Shown here piece after piece: positions 18,408 through 27,442 of a DNA stretch of 64,000 nucleotides; positions within the stretch are counted from its first letter, which is position 1; the number at the start of each line of letters is the position of its first letter. Source of the DNA: Fibrobacterales bacterium (lineage in GTDB: Bacteria; Fibrobacterota; Fibrobacteria; Fibrobacterales; JAOPTW01). The stretch covers positions 64,001 to 128,000 of the forward strand of contig JAOPTX010000008.1 in assembly GCA_051532055.1 (NCBI GenBank), read 5' to 3'. The translations under genes were made by a program, and so were the position numbers. Under the pieces are notes generated by a model. That model saw nothing but the letters and a program-made list of their open reading frames with translations. It was not told where the DNA came from and made no database searches.

Positions 18408-19586
18408 ATGATACTAGATGGCAAAAAGATTCTTCTCGGAGTAACAGGCGGTATTGCTGCATATAAATCCTGCTTAATTTTACGAGAATTCCAAAAACTC
18501 GGTGCAGAGGTTCGTGTCGTCATGACTGATGCCGGCAATAAAATGGTAGGCTTTGAAACATTTCAGGCACTTACCAAACATCCTGTCTATATTGACACAT
18601 TTTCGGACCACCCTAAATCATTTTTTCAACATATCGATATTGCAAAATGGGCTGACGTGTATCTCATTGCTCCTTGTACTGCAAATACTATTGCAAACAT
18701 TGCACATGGTAATGGCTCTGATAGTGTTTCACTGAGTTACCTTTCGACGAGCTGTCCAAAAGTAATTGCCCCTGCAATGAACTCAGATATGTATGCACAA
18801 CAAGTCGTTCAAGATAATCTAAAGAAACTTGAAGAGTATGGTGCAATCATTATTGATCCTGAATATGGCCGCATGGCTTGTGGTGATCTCGGTCCAGGCC
18901 GACTCCCGGCAATAGAGACCATTGTTGATGCTACTATTGACATACTGCTCCCTCCTCCCATTAAGGGCCAAGTGTTAATCACTGCAGGACGGACCGAGGA
19001 GTCTATAGATACCGTTCGTTACATTAGTAATAAAAGTAGTGGAAAAACTGCTGTTGCTATTGCCGAAGCTTTTCGTAGTGATGGTTACGCTGTTACAGTT
19101 GTAAAAGGCCCTATGGAGGTAAGACTCCCCCATTATATTGATTCTATTCCTGTAACAACCGCGCAGGAGATGTTTGAAGCGACTACTTCATTCGAAGCAG
19201 ATGTCTATATCATGGCTGCAGCAGTTGCAGATTTCCGTGTAGCGTCTCCAAGTAATCAGAAAATCAAAGGAAGTGCTGATCTTACAGAATTAACCTTAGT
19301 ACGCAATCCCGATATTCTTGCCCATGTTGCTGAGCATCGCACTGAAGGTCAAAAAGTGATAGGCTTTGCCCTGGAGACAAACAACCCTATCGAGTACGCA
19401 TGTGTTAAACTTAATGCTAAAAAATGTGATGCCATTTTTGTCAATACACCCATACAAGAAAAATCAGGGATCGGTTTTGATTCCGCAGAAGGGGCTCTCG
19501 TTACCCCTCAATCTATACCTGATACACTTACACTTATGGGTAAAACAGCAATTGCTCAAACCTTAGTGGATTTTTGTAATGGATGA
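18408..19586 (+). CDS. coaBC: Bifunctional phosphopantothenoylcysteine decarboxylase/synthase
   Basis: GVTGGIAAYK, APCTAN, PAMNSDM, ACGDLGPGR, TAGRTEESID..RYISNKSSGK, AAVADF, GFALET; ATG start at 18408. Confidence 0.96.
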   Translation: MILDGKKILLGVTGGIAAYKSCLILREFQKLGAEVRVVMTDAGNKMVGFETFQALTKHPVYIDTFSDHPKSFFQHIDIAKWADVYLIAPCTANTIANIAHGNGSDSVSLSYLSTSCPKVIAPAMNSDMYAQQVVQDNLKKLEEYGAIIIDPEYGRMACGDLGPGRLPAIETIVDATIDILLPPPIKGQVLITAGRTEESIDTVRYISNKSSGKTAVAIAEAFRSDGYAVTVVKGPMEVRLPHYIDSIPVTTAQEMFEATTSFEADVYIMAAAVADFRVASPSNQKIKGSADLTELTLVRNPDILAHVAEHRTEGQKVIGFALETNNPIEYACVKLNAKKCDAIFVNTPIQEKSGIGFDSAEGALVTPQSIPDTLTLMGKTAIAQTLVDFCNG

Positions 19587-20460
19587 TTTGACCCTTCAAG
19601 ATATTAACGCGTATCTCACTCTTGAAGCTGAGCTCTCATGTGATGAACTGATATTTGACGAACCTTTTTCGCTAAAAGAGATCACGCCACTGCAGTCCGC
19701 CGGCCCATCCACGCACTCTGAAACAACTGTAGCACCACCTTCACAGTCTCAAAGTGAGACTCAACGGCCTCTATCTATGGAACAAGTTGATCCAGCCGAA
19801 TCTACAGTTGTCGAAGATTCGAGTCCAAAAAAAATAGAAGCTAAAATAGAGGCACCACCTTCTGCTGACCTTTTTGCAAAAACTGGCGGATGGAAGCCCT
19901 CACGCAATCAATTCGACACGAAGTCGTTTGAAAACGTAGCGGACATTAAAGCGTTCAATCAACAATGCTGGGAACACCCGTACTACAAATCGGGATCGGG
20001 ACACTCTCATTTACTCTTTGGACATGGTCCTCATAATTGTAGAGTGTTACTGGTAACCACGTGGCCATTTCAAGAAGATATCGGCCTAAAAGCCCCATTT
20101 ACTGGTCAAGATGGCGAACTTCTATCAAAAATGTTACACTATATTCAAGTAGAATTTAACATGTGTTATACTACATTTTTAAAAAAGATGCCTCATAAAG
20201 GGAGTTTCAAAGCTCGAGAACTCAGCTTTTTAAGAAAGTTACTGATACAAGAGATTGCATTGATTAAACCGGACTATATTTTAATACTGGGTAACAAATG
20301 TGGGCAGTTAATTCTTGAAACAGATGCCCCTTTCCAGCAACAAGGGACCACCTTTGCCGACAGGCCAACCTACATTACCTATCACCCACGAGAGTTAAGT
20401 GATAGTGATAAAAAACGAGAAGCCATGACACATTTAACTGCATTAGCACAGAACTTTTAA
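19579..20460 (+). CDS. Uracil-DNA glycosylase superfamily (family 4-like), degenerate
   Basis: FGHGP..., PFTGQDGELLSKML, EIALIKP..ILILG, TYHP; position between coaBC and dnaB; GEAPG and Fe-S cysteines not recognisable. Confidence 0.7.
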   Translation: MDDLTLQDINAYLTLEAELSCDELIFDEPFSLKEITPLQSAGPSTHSETTVAPPSQSQSETQRPLSMEQVDPAESTVVEDSSPKKIEAKIEAPPSADLFAKTGGWKPSRNQFDTKSFENVADIKAFNQQCWEHPYYKSGSGHSHLLFGHGPHNCRVLLVTTWPFQEDIGLKAPFTGQDGELLSKMLHYIQVEFNMCYTTFLKKMPHKGSFKARELSFLRKLLIQEIALIKPDYILILGNKCGQLILETDAPFQQQGTTFADRPTYITYHPRELSDSDKKREAMTHLTALAQNF

Positions 20461-20463
20461 TTT

Positions 20464-21867
20464 ATGGAATTTTCGAAAAAAGAATACACGAAAAACGAAA
20501 AAAGTACCAGCACGAACTATGGTGGAAAAATTCCTCCACAGGTGCTGAGTGCTGAAGAACATCTCCTTGGGGCTCTGCTGCAGGACACCAATGCCTTCCC
20601 TCTCTGTATTGATGCCCATATCCAAGCAAGTGATTTCTATCTTGAAAAAAATGGGGCTATTTTTGAAGTCCTTGAACGACTCTATAATGAGAGCCAGCCT
20701 GTTGATATTATTTTCGTCGAAGAGGGCCTAAAAAAAGATGGCACATTAGAGCTTGTTGGCGGGAAGGACTACCTCTTTGAACTTGTAACAAAAGTTGCAA
20801 CCTCTGCAAATGTCGGCTACCATTCAGAGCTCATTAAAGAAAAAGCACAGCTCAGAAAAATGATTGGCAGTTCAAATAAGATCATTACTATGGCCATGGA
20901 AGAGGGCGCTGATACAAACGAGGTTATTCAAGAGGCGGAAAAAGATATTTTTGCCCTCGCAGAACAACGTATCACCGGTGGTTTAACCCCTGTAAAAGCA
21001 ATTCTCAACTCGACACTCGAAATGATTGATAAATATAAATCTGATGAGATAACGGGTGTTCCTTCAGGATTTGATGATCTCGACAAAATAACCAATGGAT
21101 TACAACCGACTGACTTTATCGTAATGGCTGCCCGTCCTGGTATGGGTAAAACTTCATTCGCCCTCTCTATTTTAGCAAATTCATCAGTTACCTATGGAAA
21201 ATCTGTCGCCTTCTTCACATTGGAAATGGGCTGCGAACAGTTAGTACAGCGTCTTCTCTGCCTGAAAGGTCAGATCGATATGCACCTTCTCCGAACAGGC
21301 CGACTTCCTGCTTCTGAACACAAAAAAATACCCATTACAGCCCAAATGCTTGCGGAATCACCTATCTACATTGATGAGCAGAATGGTCTCACTATTGTAG
21401 ACCTTAAGTCTAAATGTCGTATTCTTAAAAAACAACATGGACTCGATATGATTATCATTGACTATTTACAGCTCATGTCTGGCCTCAAAAGCGCAAATAA
21501 CCGTCAAGAAGAGATTTCGCAAATTTCTCGGGGACTCAAAGAACTCGCAAAAGAACTGAAAGTACCTATTGTTGCTCTTGCGCAGCTGAGTCGTGACGTT
21601 GAAAAACGGGGACCCGGAGCAAAACCGCAACTCTCTGACCTTCGTGAGTCTGGTGCAATTGAGCAAGATGCTGATATGATTTGGTTTATAAATAGACCCA
21701 ATTACTATGATAAAGAGTTTGACCCAACCTTCGCAGAACTCATTATAGCAAAACACCGAAATGGTCCTACTGATACCATTAAACTCACCTGGATTGGATC
21801 GCATACTGGTTTCTATAACTATGCACCACCTGCAGATCAAGGCTATCAAGAGTACGAGGAATTTTAA
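20464..21867 (+). CDS. dnaB: Replicative DNA helicase
   Basis: PPQ..AE..LLGA N-terminus, Walker A AARPGMGKT, IIDYLQLM, LSDLRESGAIEQDAD, KHRNGP. Confidence 0.98.
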   Translation: MEFSKKEYTKNEKSTSTNYGGKIPPQVLSAEEHLLGALLQDTNAFPLCIDAHIQASDFYLEKNGAIFEVLERLYNESQPVDIIFVEEGLKKDGTLELVGGKDYLFELVTKVATSANVGYHSELIKEKAQLRKMIGSSNKIITMAMEEGADTNEVIQEAEKDIFALAEQRITGGLTPVKAILNSTLEMIDKYKSDEITGVPSGFDDLDKITNGLQPTDFIVMAARPGMGKTSFALSILANSSVTYGKSVAFFTLEMGCEQLVQRLLCLKGQIDMHLLRTGRLPASEHKKIPITAQMLAESPIYIDEQNGLTIVDLKSKCRILKKQHGLDMIIIDYLQLMSGLKSANNRQEEISQISRGLKELAKELKVPIVALAQLSRDVEKRGPGAKPQLSDLRESGAIEQDADMIWFINRPNYYDKEFDPTFAELIIAKHRNGPTDTIKLTWIGSHTGFYNYAPPADQGYQEYEEF

Positions 21868-22658
21868 TGAATCAGTTTGCTCAATTCCTACTTTCACCAT
21901 TTACAATGCTCTCACAAGCATTTTATAGTGGTATTATCGGAATTGGCGAAGTACTTTACCTCTTTTTAGCCACACTCAAAAGATTTCCTCTTGTAGTTAA
22001 AAACCCTACTATGACTATTACCCAGATGATCAATATTGGTGTTTCATCTATTCCTCTCCTTTTTGTCACCTCAATTTTCACAGGAATGGTCGCTGCAATC
22101 CAGGTTGAATACCAATTTAGAGGGTTTGTCTCTGATGGTTTTATTGGAACGGGTGTCTGTAAGATGGTAATTATTGAACTCGGTCCTATGTTAACTGCTC
22201 TTGTCATGTCGGGTCGCGTTGGCTCTGCTCTTGCAGCCGAGATTGGCTCCATGAAAGAGAAAGAAGAACTTGATGCAATGGTCGTACTTAATCTTGACCC
22301 ACTCAGATATTTGGCTATGCCTCGTCTTATTGCCTTCATGATAATGATGCCCTGCCTCACCCTTATTTCTATCTATATTGCCCTAATAGGTGGGTGGCTC
22401 GTTTGTGTACTTGCACTGGATATGACTTCATACACCTACATGAATGGATTGACCAAGTTTTTCATCCCCATGGATGTTGTTGCAGCGTTAATCAAATCAT
22501 TTACCTTTGGAACGGTAATCTTTTTGATGGGATACTATCAGGGGACCCATGCTGGAGCTGGAGCTAAGGGAGTTGGGGAAGCGACGATGAAAGTCGTAGT
22601 TTCATCGAGTGTTTTGATATTGATATTTGATTTTATTATTGCACTCATTATGTTTTAA
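21867..22658 (+). CDS. mlaE: MlaE-family ABC permease
   Basis: ELGPMLTALVMSGRVGSALAAEIGSMK..EELDAM, PR motif, GVGEAT. Confidence 0.92.
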   Translation: MNQFAQFLLSPFTMLSQAFYSGIIGIGEVLYLFLATLKRFPLVVKNPTMTITQMINIGVSSIPLLFVTSIFTGMVAAIQVEYQFRGFVSDGFIGTGVCKMVIIELGPMLTALVMSGRVGSALAAEIGSMKEKEELDAMVVLNLDPLRYLAMPRLIAFMIMMPCLTLISIYIALIGGWLVCVLALDMTSYTYMNGLTKFFIPMDVVAALIKSFTFGTVIFLMGYYQGTHAGAGAKGVGEATMKVVVSSSVLILIFDFIIALIMF

Positions 22659-22684
22659 TTTTTAGTACGAAGTGAAGGAGCCCT

Positions 22685-23470
22685 ATGCCCGGCGTAGAGA
22701 TCGATGAAAATGACATTATGATTGAGCTTAAACATCTTAAGAAGTCTTTTGGCACTCAAAAAGTTTTGAAAGATGTTTCCCTCGATATCCGTCGTGGTGA
22801 GACCATGGTGATTATTGGGCAATCTGGTGGTGGTAAATCTGTTATTCTCAAGCATATGATTGGTCTTCTTCAGCCAGATGGCGGCGAGGTCACTATTGAT
22901 AACCACACTATTTCTACACCAACGTATTTTGATACCAAAACTATCCGAAAAAAAATGGGAATGCTCTTTCAAAATGGGGCACTTTTCGACTCTATGAATG
23001 TTGGTGAAAACATTGCTTTTCCACTTCGGGAACACGATCGCTCTATTACCACCGAAGAGATTCAACAAATAGTAAACGAAAAGTTAATGCTTATTCACCT
23101 TAAACCAGAATTTGCGTCTAAAATGCCGAGTGAACTTTCTGGAGGTATGAAAAAGCGCCTAGCTCTTGCACGGGTAATTGCTCTCAATCCTCAGGTGATT
23201 CTCTATGATGAACCAACAACTGGCCTCGACCCTATTACTTCAGATGTGATCAATGACCTTATTATTGATATGCAGCAAAAATTGGGTGTTACCTCTGTAG
23301 TGGTAACTCACGACATGGTCTCAGCCTATAAAGTAGCCGACCGTATTGCCATGCTCTATGATGGTCACATGATTGCTAAAGGTACTCCAGACGAAATAAG
23401 GGCAACCAAAAACCCCTACGTCAAACAGTTCATTACCGGCCAACGTAAACTCCACATGCATCCAGCGTAG
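22685..23470 (+). CDS. mlaF: MlaF-family ABC ATP-binding protein
   Basis: GQSGGGKS, FQNGALFDS, LSGGMKKR, YDEPTTGLDP, VTHD. Confidence 0.92.
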   Translation: MPGVEIDENDIMIELKHLKKSFGTQKVLKDVSLDIRRGETMVIIGQSGGGKSVILKHMIGLLQPDGGEVTIDNHTISTPTYFDTKTIRKKMGMLFQNGALFDSMNVGENIAFPLREHDRSITTEEIQQIVNEKLMLIHLKPEFASKMPSELSGGMKKRLALARVIALNPQVILYDEPTTGLDPITSDVINDLIIDMQQKLGVTSVVVTHDMVSAYKVADRIAMLYDGHMIAKGTPDEIRATKNPYVKQFITGQRKLHMHPA

Positions 23471-23574
23471 CGCGAATAGCGGTACGCACAAGGCTTAACC
23501 CGAATAGGATTAAGCATAAAAGCGTAACACGAGTAGTGTTATGTATAAAGGCTGCATCACAAATAGTGTAAAAT
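23465..23574. repeat. Array of three intact 23-nt hairpins plus one degenerate copy, GA(A/G)TA loops
   Basis: 23465-23487 GCGTAGCGC-GAATA-GCGGTACGC; 23493-23515 GCTTAACCC-GAATA-GGATTAAGC; 23522-23544 GCGTAACAC-GAGTA-GTGTTATGT; CAC-AAATA-GTG at 23558-23568. Confidence 0.8.
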
Positions 23575-23584
23575 GTTAGAGTAA

Positions 23585-24565
23585 CTAACGCTCTAAAACT
23601 TTTGCAGCGTCTACAGCAAAATAGGTCCAAATCACATCAGCACCTGCACGTTTAATTGAGAGTAGTGATTCCATCATCGTACTTTCACGATCGAGCCACC
23701 CTTTTTCAGCGGCAGCACACACCATTGAATATTCTCCACTCACGTTATACGCTGCAACAGGAATATCGAATGTCTCTTTTACCACATGAATTATATCGAG
23801 GTAGCTGAGTGCTGGCTTCACAATGATTGAATCTGCCCCTTCAGCAATGTCGAGTTCGACTTCTCTGAGAGCTTCACGTTTATTGGCTGGATTCATTTGG
23901 TAAGTCTTTTTATCACCGGCTTTAGGTGCAGAATCTAATGCATCTCGAAACGGGCCATAAAAAGCTGAGCAATATTTTGCAGCATATGACATTATACCTG
24001 TCTGAGTAAAGCCATCACCATCAAGTGTCGAACGGAGAGCACCAATTCTTCCATCCATCATATCAGAAGGTGAAATAATATCAGCACCTGATTCAGCATG
24101 CATTAAAGCTTGTTTACACAAGACATCAACTGTTTCATCATTTAAAATAATTCCTTCAGATGAAACAATACCATCATGTCCATCAGAATTATACGGGTCA
24201 AGTGCAACATCAGTAATAACAATCAACCCAGGAAAAGCATCTTTTACGGCCTTAATGGCTGTAGGTACCAAACCATTGCTACTATATGATTCATCCGCAG
24301 TACTATTCTTCTTATCTTCTGGTACCGCAGGAAAGAGGGCAATTGCTGGTATTCCAAGCGATGCAATTTCTTTCAAGTATTTAAGAAGCTCATCGACTGA
24401 GAATCTAAAACATCCCGGCATCGCATCGATAGATTCACGTTTTCCACTTCCCTCCATTATGAAAAGCGGGAGAATAAAATCTTTAACAGAAAGACTGGTC
24501 TCTTGAAACATTGATCGCACTGCTGCGTTTACTCTATTTCTACGCATGCGGGTAGGAATTATCAT
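23585..24565 (-). CDS. hemB: Porphobilinogen synthase
   Basis: RMRRNR, DVALDPYNSDGHDG (Asp-type metal site), PSDMMDGR, FYGPFRDA, VKPA, AYNVSGEY. Confidence 0.97.
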   Translation of the reverse strand: MIIPTRMRRNRVNAAVRSMFQETSLSVKDFILPLFIMEGSGKRESIDAMPGCFRFSVDELLKYLKEIASLGIPAIALFPAVPEDKKNSTADESYSSNGLVPTAIKAVKDAFPGLIVITDVALDPYNSDGHDGIVSSEGIILNDETVDVLCKQALMHAESGADIISPSDMMDGRIGALRSTLDGDGFTQTGIMSYAAKYCSAFYGPFRDALDSAPKAGDKKTYQMNPANKREALREVELDIAEGADSIIVKPALSYLDIIHVVKETFDIPVAAYNVSGEYSMVCAAAEKGWLDRESTMMESLLSIKRAGADVIWTYFAVDAAKVLER

Positions 24566-24669
24566 ATGGCACTCACTATACTATCACTGAATAATAATGT
24601 AGTTATTCATTAAAATGCTGTCAGGATTCACTGAGCAGTCAACAAAGAAATACCACAATTGATCGGGAA

Positions 24670-25092
24670 TCACTTACAGGATGTAGTGATCTCGTCCCAA
24701 TCGGGTAACCCTTCAATGACATCATAATTAGATGCATTCCTTTTAAGGTATATGATACCAGAACCATTGGTGAGAACAACATAGCGAGCAGGAACAATAG
24801 CGAGATACTTTTGTACTTGTAATATTAAGTCTTGATCAAGTGAGACTTCTGGTCGCTTACATTCAACGAGAAGTTCAAATAGAGGCATATGGCTATCCTC
24901 TGAAAAACGGGTGACCAACAGATCAACTCGATCATTACTCCCTCGTTTGAATCGAGAGAGTGACACTTCAACATCAATCGCTTGTGCTGGATATCCTTTT
25001 GAGAGAAGCCAACTGATAACTTGCTGGCGCACATATTCTTCAGGTGTCGCCACAACATGTTGTTTTCTTATAGGGTCGTATAACTCACTCAT
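24670..25092 (-). CDS. Stand-alone HSDR_N (type I restriction R N-terminal, PD-(D/E)xK) domain protein
   Basis: YDPIRK..VATPEEYVRQ, RVDLL..LVECK, Q..KY, LTNG. Confidence 0.82.
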   Translation of the reverse strand: MSELYDPIRKQHVVATPEEYVRQQVISWLLSKGYPAQAIDVEVSLSRFKRGSNDRVDLLVTRFSEDSHMPLFELLVECKRPEVSLDQDLILQVQKYLAIVPARYVVLTNGSGIIYLKRNASNYDVIEGLPDWDEITTSCK

Positions 25093-25558
25093 TGTTCATT
25101 TCATGCGCATGAAATGAATAGAGGTCTCGATAGTACCGTTCCAAATGTTTTTTACTTCTAAAACTATTTTTTACCTTGTGTCGAACATTCTCTCTCGTTC
25201 GAACCATACGATGTATCTTCTTAAATACTTCCGGAAAGAAGATATCATCGGCAACAGTTTTTACATGTCGGTCACTGAAAGAGAGTCCATATCTCCGCTC
25301 AAGTGCATCAAATATTCGAAATTCACACGTTGTTTCGGGGGTCTTTTTCTGGAGAACTCGAGTATAACATCTATTAATATAATCTTGCTTCTCTGCAATT
25401 ATCATATCATCAATTTCGTGAATTTGCTTGTCGATCGGTTGCCCAACACGCCACTTACCTATTGTTGGACTACACCCCATTACTACTAATAGCACTAGTG
25501 CTCCAATAAAAAGACGCTTTATATTAAAGCTCATATTCCTCCGCATGTCCGCTCTCAT
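25085..25558 (-). CDS. Hypothetical basic lipoprotein
   Basis: Signal with VMGC lipobox; overlaps the downstream gene; start may be MSFNIK. Confidence 0.65.
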   Translation of the reverse strand: MRADMRRNMSFNIKRLFIGALVLLVVMGCSPTIGKWRVGQPIDKQIHEIDDMIIAEKQDYINRCYTRVLQKKTPETTCEFRIFDALERRYGLSFSDRHVKTVADDIFFPEVFKKIHRMVRTRENVRHKVKNSFRSKKHLERYYRDLYSFHAHEMNNE

Positions 25559-25595
25559 CTAATCTAGCCCATTTGGCTGGTTGATCCAATGTAAA

Positions 25596-26714
25596 TTAAT
25601 TACTGTGGGCCGCGATTGCTTTTTTATAGATATCCAAATATTGGGGTAATATTTTTGATATAGAATAATTACCCATAACGTGTTTTCTCCCCTTTTGGCC
25701 CATTATTTTAACTTGCTCGGGGTTTTTAGCAATATAAAGACCTTTTTCAACTATAGCATCAATGTCCCCTACTCCACAAAGAAACCCATTTTCTCCATCG
25801 ATTACTACTTCAGGAAGGCCACCCGCATCAGATGTTATTACGGGAATACCACAAGACATACCTTCAATTGCAACGAGTCCAAAACTTTCTTGTTCTGATG
25901 GGCACAATATGACGTCAGCGAGTTTTATTACTGACACAATATCTTCTTGGTTTCCCAAAAACGTTACGCAATCACAGAGATCGTTTTCACGTACTAATCG
26001 ATGACACTCAGTAATTAAGGGTCCTTCTCCAGCAAGAAGTAGGCGAGTCTTTGGACATTCCTGATGAATTTTAATAAATGCCTTGATGGCATCTACGGAC
26101 CTCTTCACTTTTCTAAAGTTTGAATAGTGAAGAAAAACAGTATCATCACACGTTTTATGATAATCTTTAACCGTAAAAAGATCTGTATCTACAAAGTTAT
26201 AAAGGGTTTCAACTTCACGTTCAGTATTAAAAATTCTGTTCGTTTCATCGCGAAGATAGTTCGATACCGCCGTGACGACAGTACTTTTATTTATGGTAAA
26301 TCGAGTAATATCATAAAATGAAGGATCTTTTCCTACTAATGTAATATCTGTCCCATGGAGCGTGGTTACAATGGGCATTTTTCGGGGCGCAATCATCTGC
26401 TGTGCTAAATATGCCGATGTTGCATGGGGTATCGCATAGTGTACATGTAGAAGATCGAGTTCTTCATTTTTATAAACCTCATTGATTTTATTAGCCAATG
26501 AGAGCGTATACGGTTGATTTTTAAAGAGTGGGTACTCCAACTGATCAACCTGATGATAGTATATATTTTTGCTAAAACCACTGTAGAGCCGTGGAGGCAT
26601 ATTGCTTGTGATAAAATGAATTGAGTGCCCCGCATCAGCGAGTGCTTTCCCCAATTCTGTAGCTAAAACGCCACTTCCACCAAATGAAGCATAACAGACA
26701 ATTCCTATTTTCAT
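25596..26714 (-). CDS. bshA: N-acetyl-alpha-D-glucosaminyl L-malate synthase
   Basis: MKIGIVCY..GGSGVLATELG, LHVHYAIPHA, TTLHGTDITLVG, SNFRKVKR, ESFGL. Confidence 0.96.
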   Translation of the reverse strand: MKIGIVCYASFGGSGVLATELGKALADAGHSIHFITSNMPPRLYSGFSKNIYYHQVDQLEYPLFKNQPYTLSLANKINEVYKNEELDLLHVHYAIPHATSAYLAQQMIAPRKMPIVTTLHGTDITLVGKDPSFYDITRFTINKSTVVTAVSNYLRDETNRIFNTEREVETLYNFVDTDLFTVKDYHKTCDDTVFLHYSNFRKVKRSVDAIKAFIKIHQECPKTRLLLAGEGPLITECHRLVRENDLCDCVTFLGNQEDIVSVIKLADVILCPSEQESFGLVAIEGMSCGIPVITSDAGGLPEVVIDGENGFLCGVGDIDAIVEKGLYIAKNPEQVKIMGQKGRKHVMGNYSISKILPQYLDIYKKAIAAHSN

Positions 26715-27442
26715 TAGTATGGATCTCCACTTAAAGACGTTAGGTCTTGTACTTCAGCGAGTTCTCTACACCAGAATCCCTCAGCTTGTTTACTTTTAAT
26801 TCTCGTCCCCAGCATTCGTGCACGAGACTTTATAAAGTCCATAAACTCTGGTGATGAAATGTCAGTCTTACCTTCAAATGCTTCTGATTGTTCAGTATGA
26901 AATTGAGATTTGTATTCCATAAGGGCTGCTATTTTGGTTTCAAACTGCTTTGAGATATCAATACAAAAAGTTGGTTCAAACCACACTGGCCCCATAAAAT
27001 GAAAGAGTCGTTTTGGTCGAAAAGGCTCGAGTTCAGGCATCAAAGATTTAAGCCCAGATTTATAACAAGCTGCTTTAACGATCTCTCCAGTTGTGTAATG
27101 GTCTGGATGGTAATCATCAAAATAGTGTGTAAGAACCACGGTTGGTCGGTAAGTTCGGAGAGTACGAATTACAGTTTCTATAGTCTCATCAGTTACTGCA
27201 AGGTGCGCATCATGAAGTTTTAAATTGATTCGAGTGAGCTGCCCATCTCCCAATACCTTCAATGCATTTTCAGCTTCTAACCCACGCTGTGCAGGGGTAC
27301 CCCGTGTTGCAGCAGTAGGTTCAGTCATATCGACAATAATCCCACGCTTTCCTTCAGCACACATTTTAGCAATGGTTCCTCCGGCACATATTTCTACATC
27401 ATCAGCATGGGCTCCAATCGCCATAAAATCTATCTGTTCCAT
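26714..27442 (-). CDS. bshB1: Bacillithiol biosynthesis deacetylase
   Basis: GAHADDVE, TRGT..R..EA, HPDH, YKSQF, AEGF; coupled to bshA by TAATG. Confidence 0.92.
   Translation of the reverse strand: MEQIDFMAIGAHADDVEICAGGTIAKMCAEGKRGIIVDMTEPTAATRGTPAQRGLEAENALKVLGDGQLTRINLKLHDAHLAVTDETIETVIRTLRTYRPTVVLTHYFDDYHPDHYTTGEIVKAACYKSGLKSLMPELEPFRPKRLFHFMGPVWFEPTFCIDISKQFETKIAALMEYKSQFHTEQSEAFEGKTDISSPEFMDFIKSRARMLGTRIKSKQAEGFWCRELAEVQDLTSLSGDPY

Noticed and set aside
23465..23574. CRISPR array
   Set aside because: Units are not identical, linkers are only 5-7 nt, and no cas genes are present
24670..25092. Type I restriction-modification locus
   Set aside because: Only the N-terminal nuclease-like domain; no helicase, hsdM or hsdS, and the nearby methyltransferase lacks DNA-MTase NPPY/DPPY motifs
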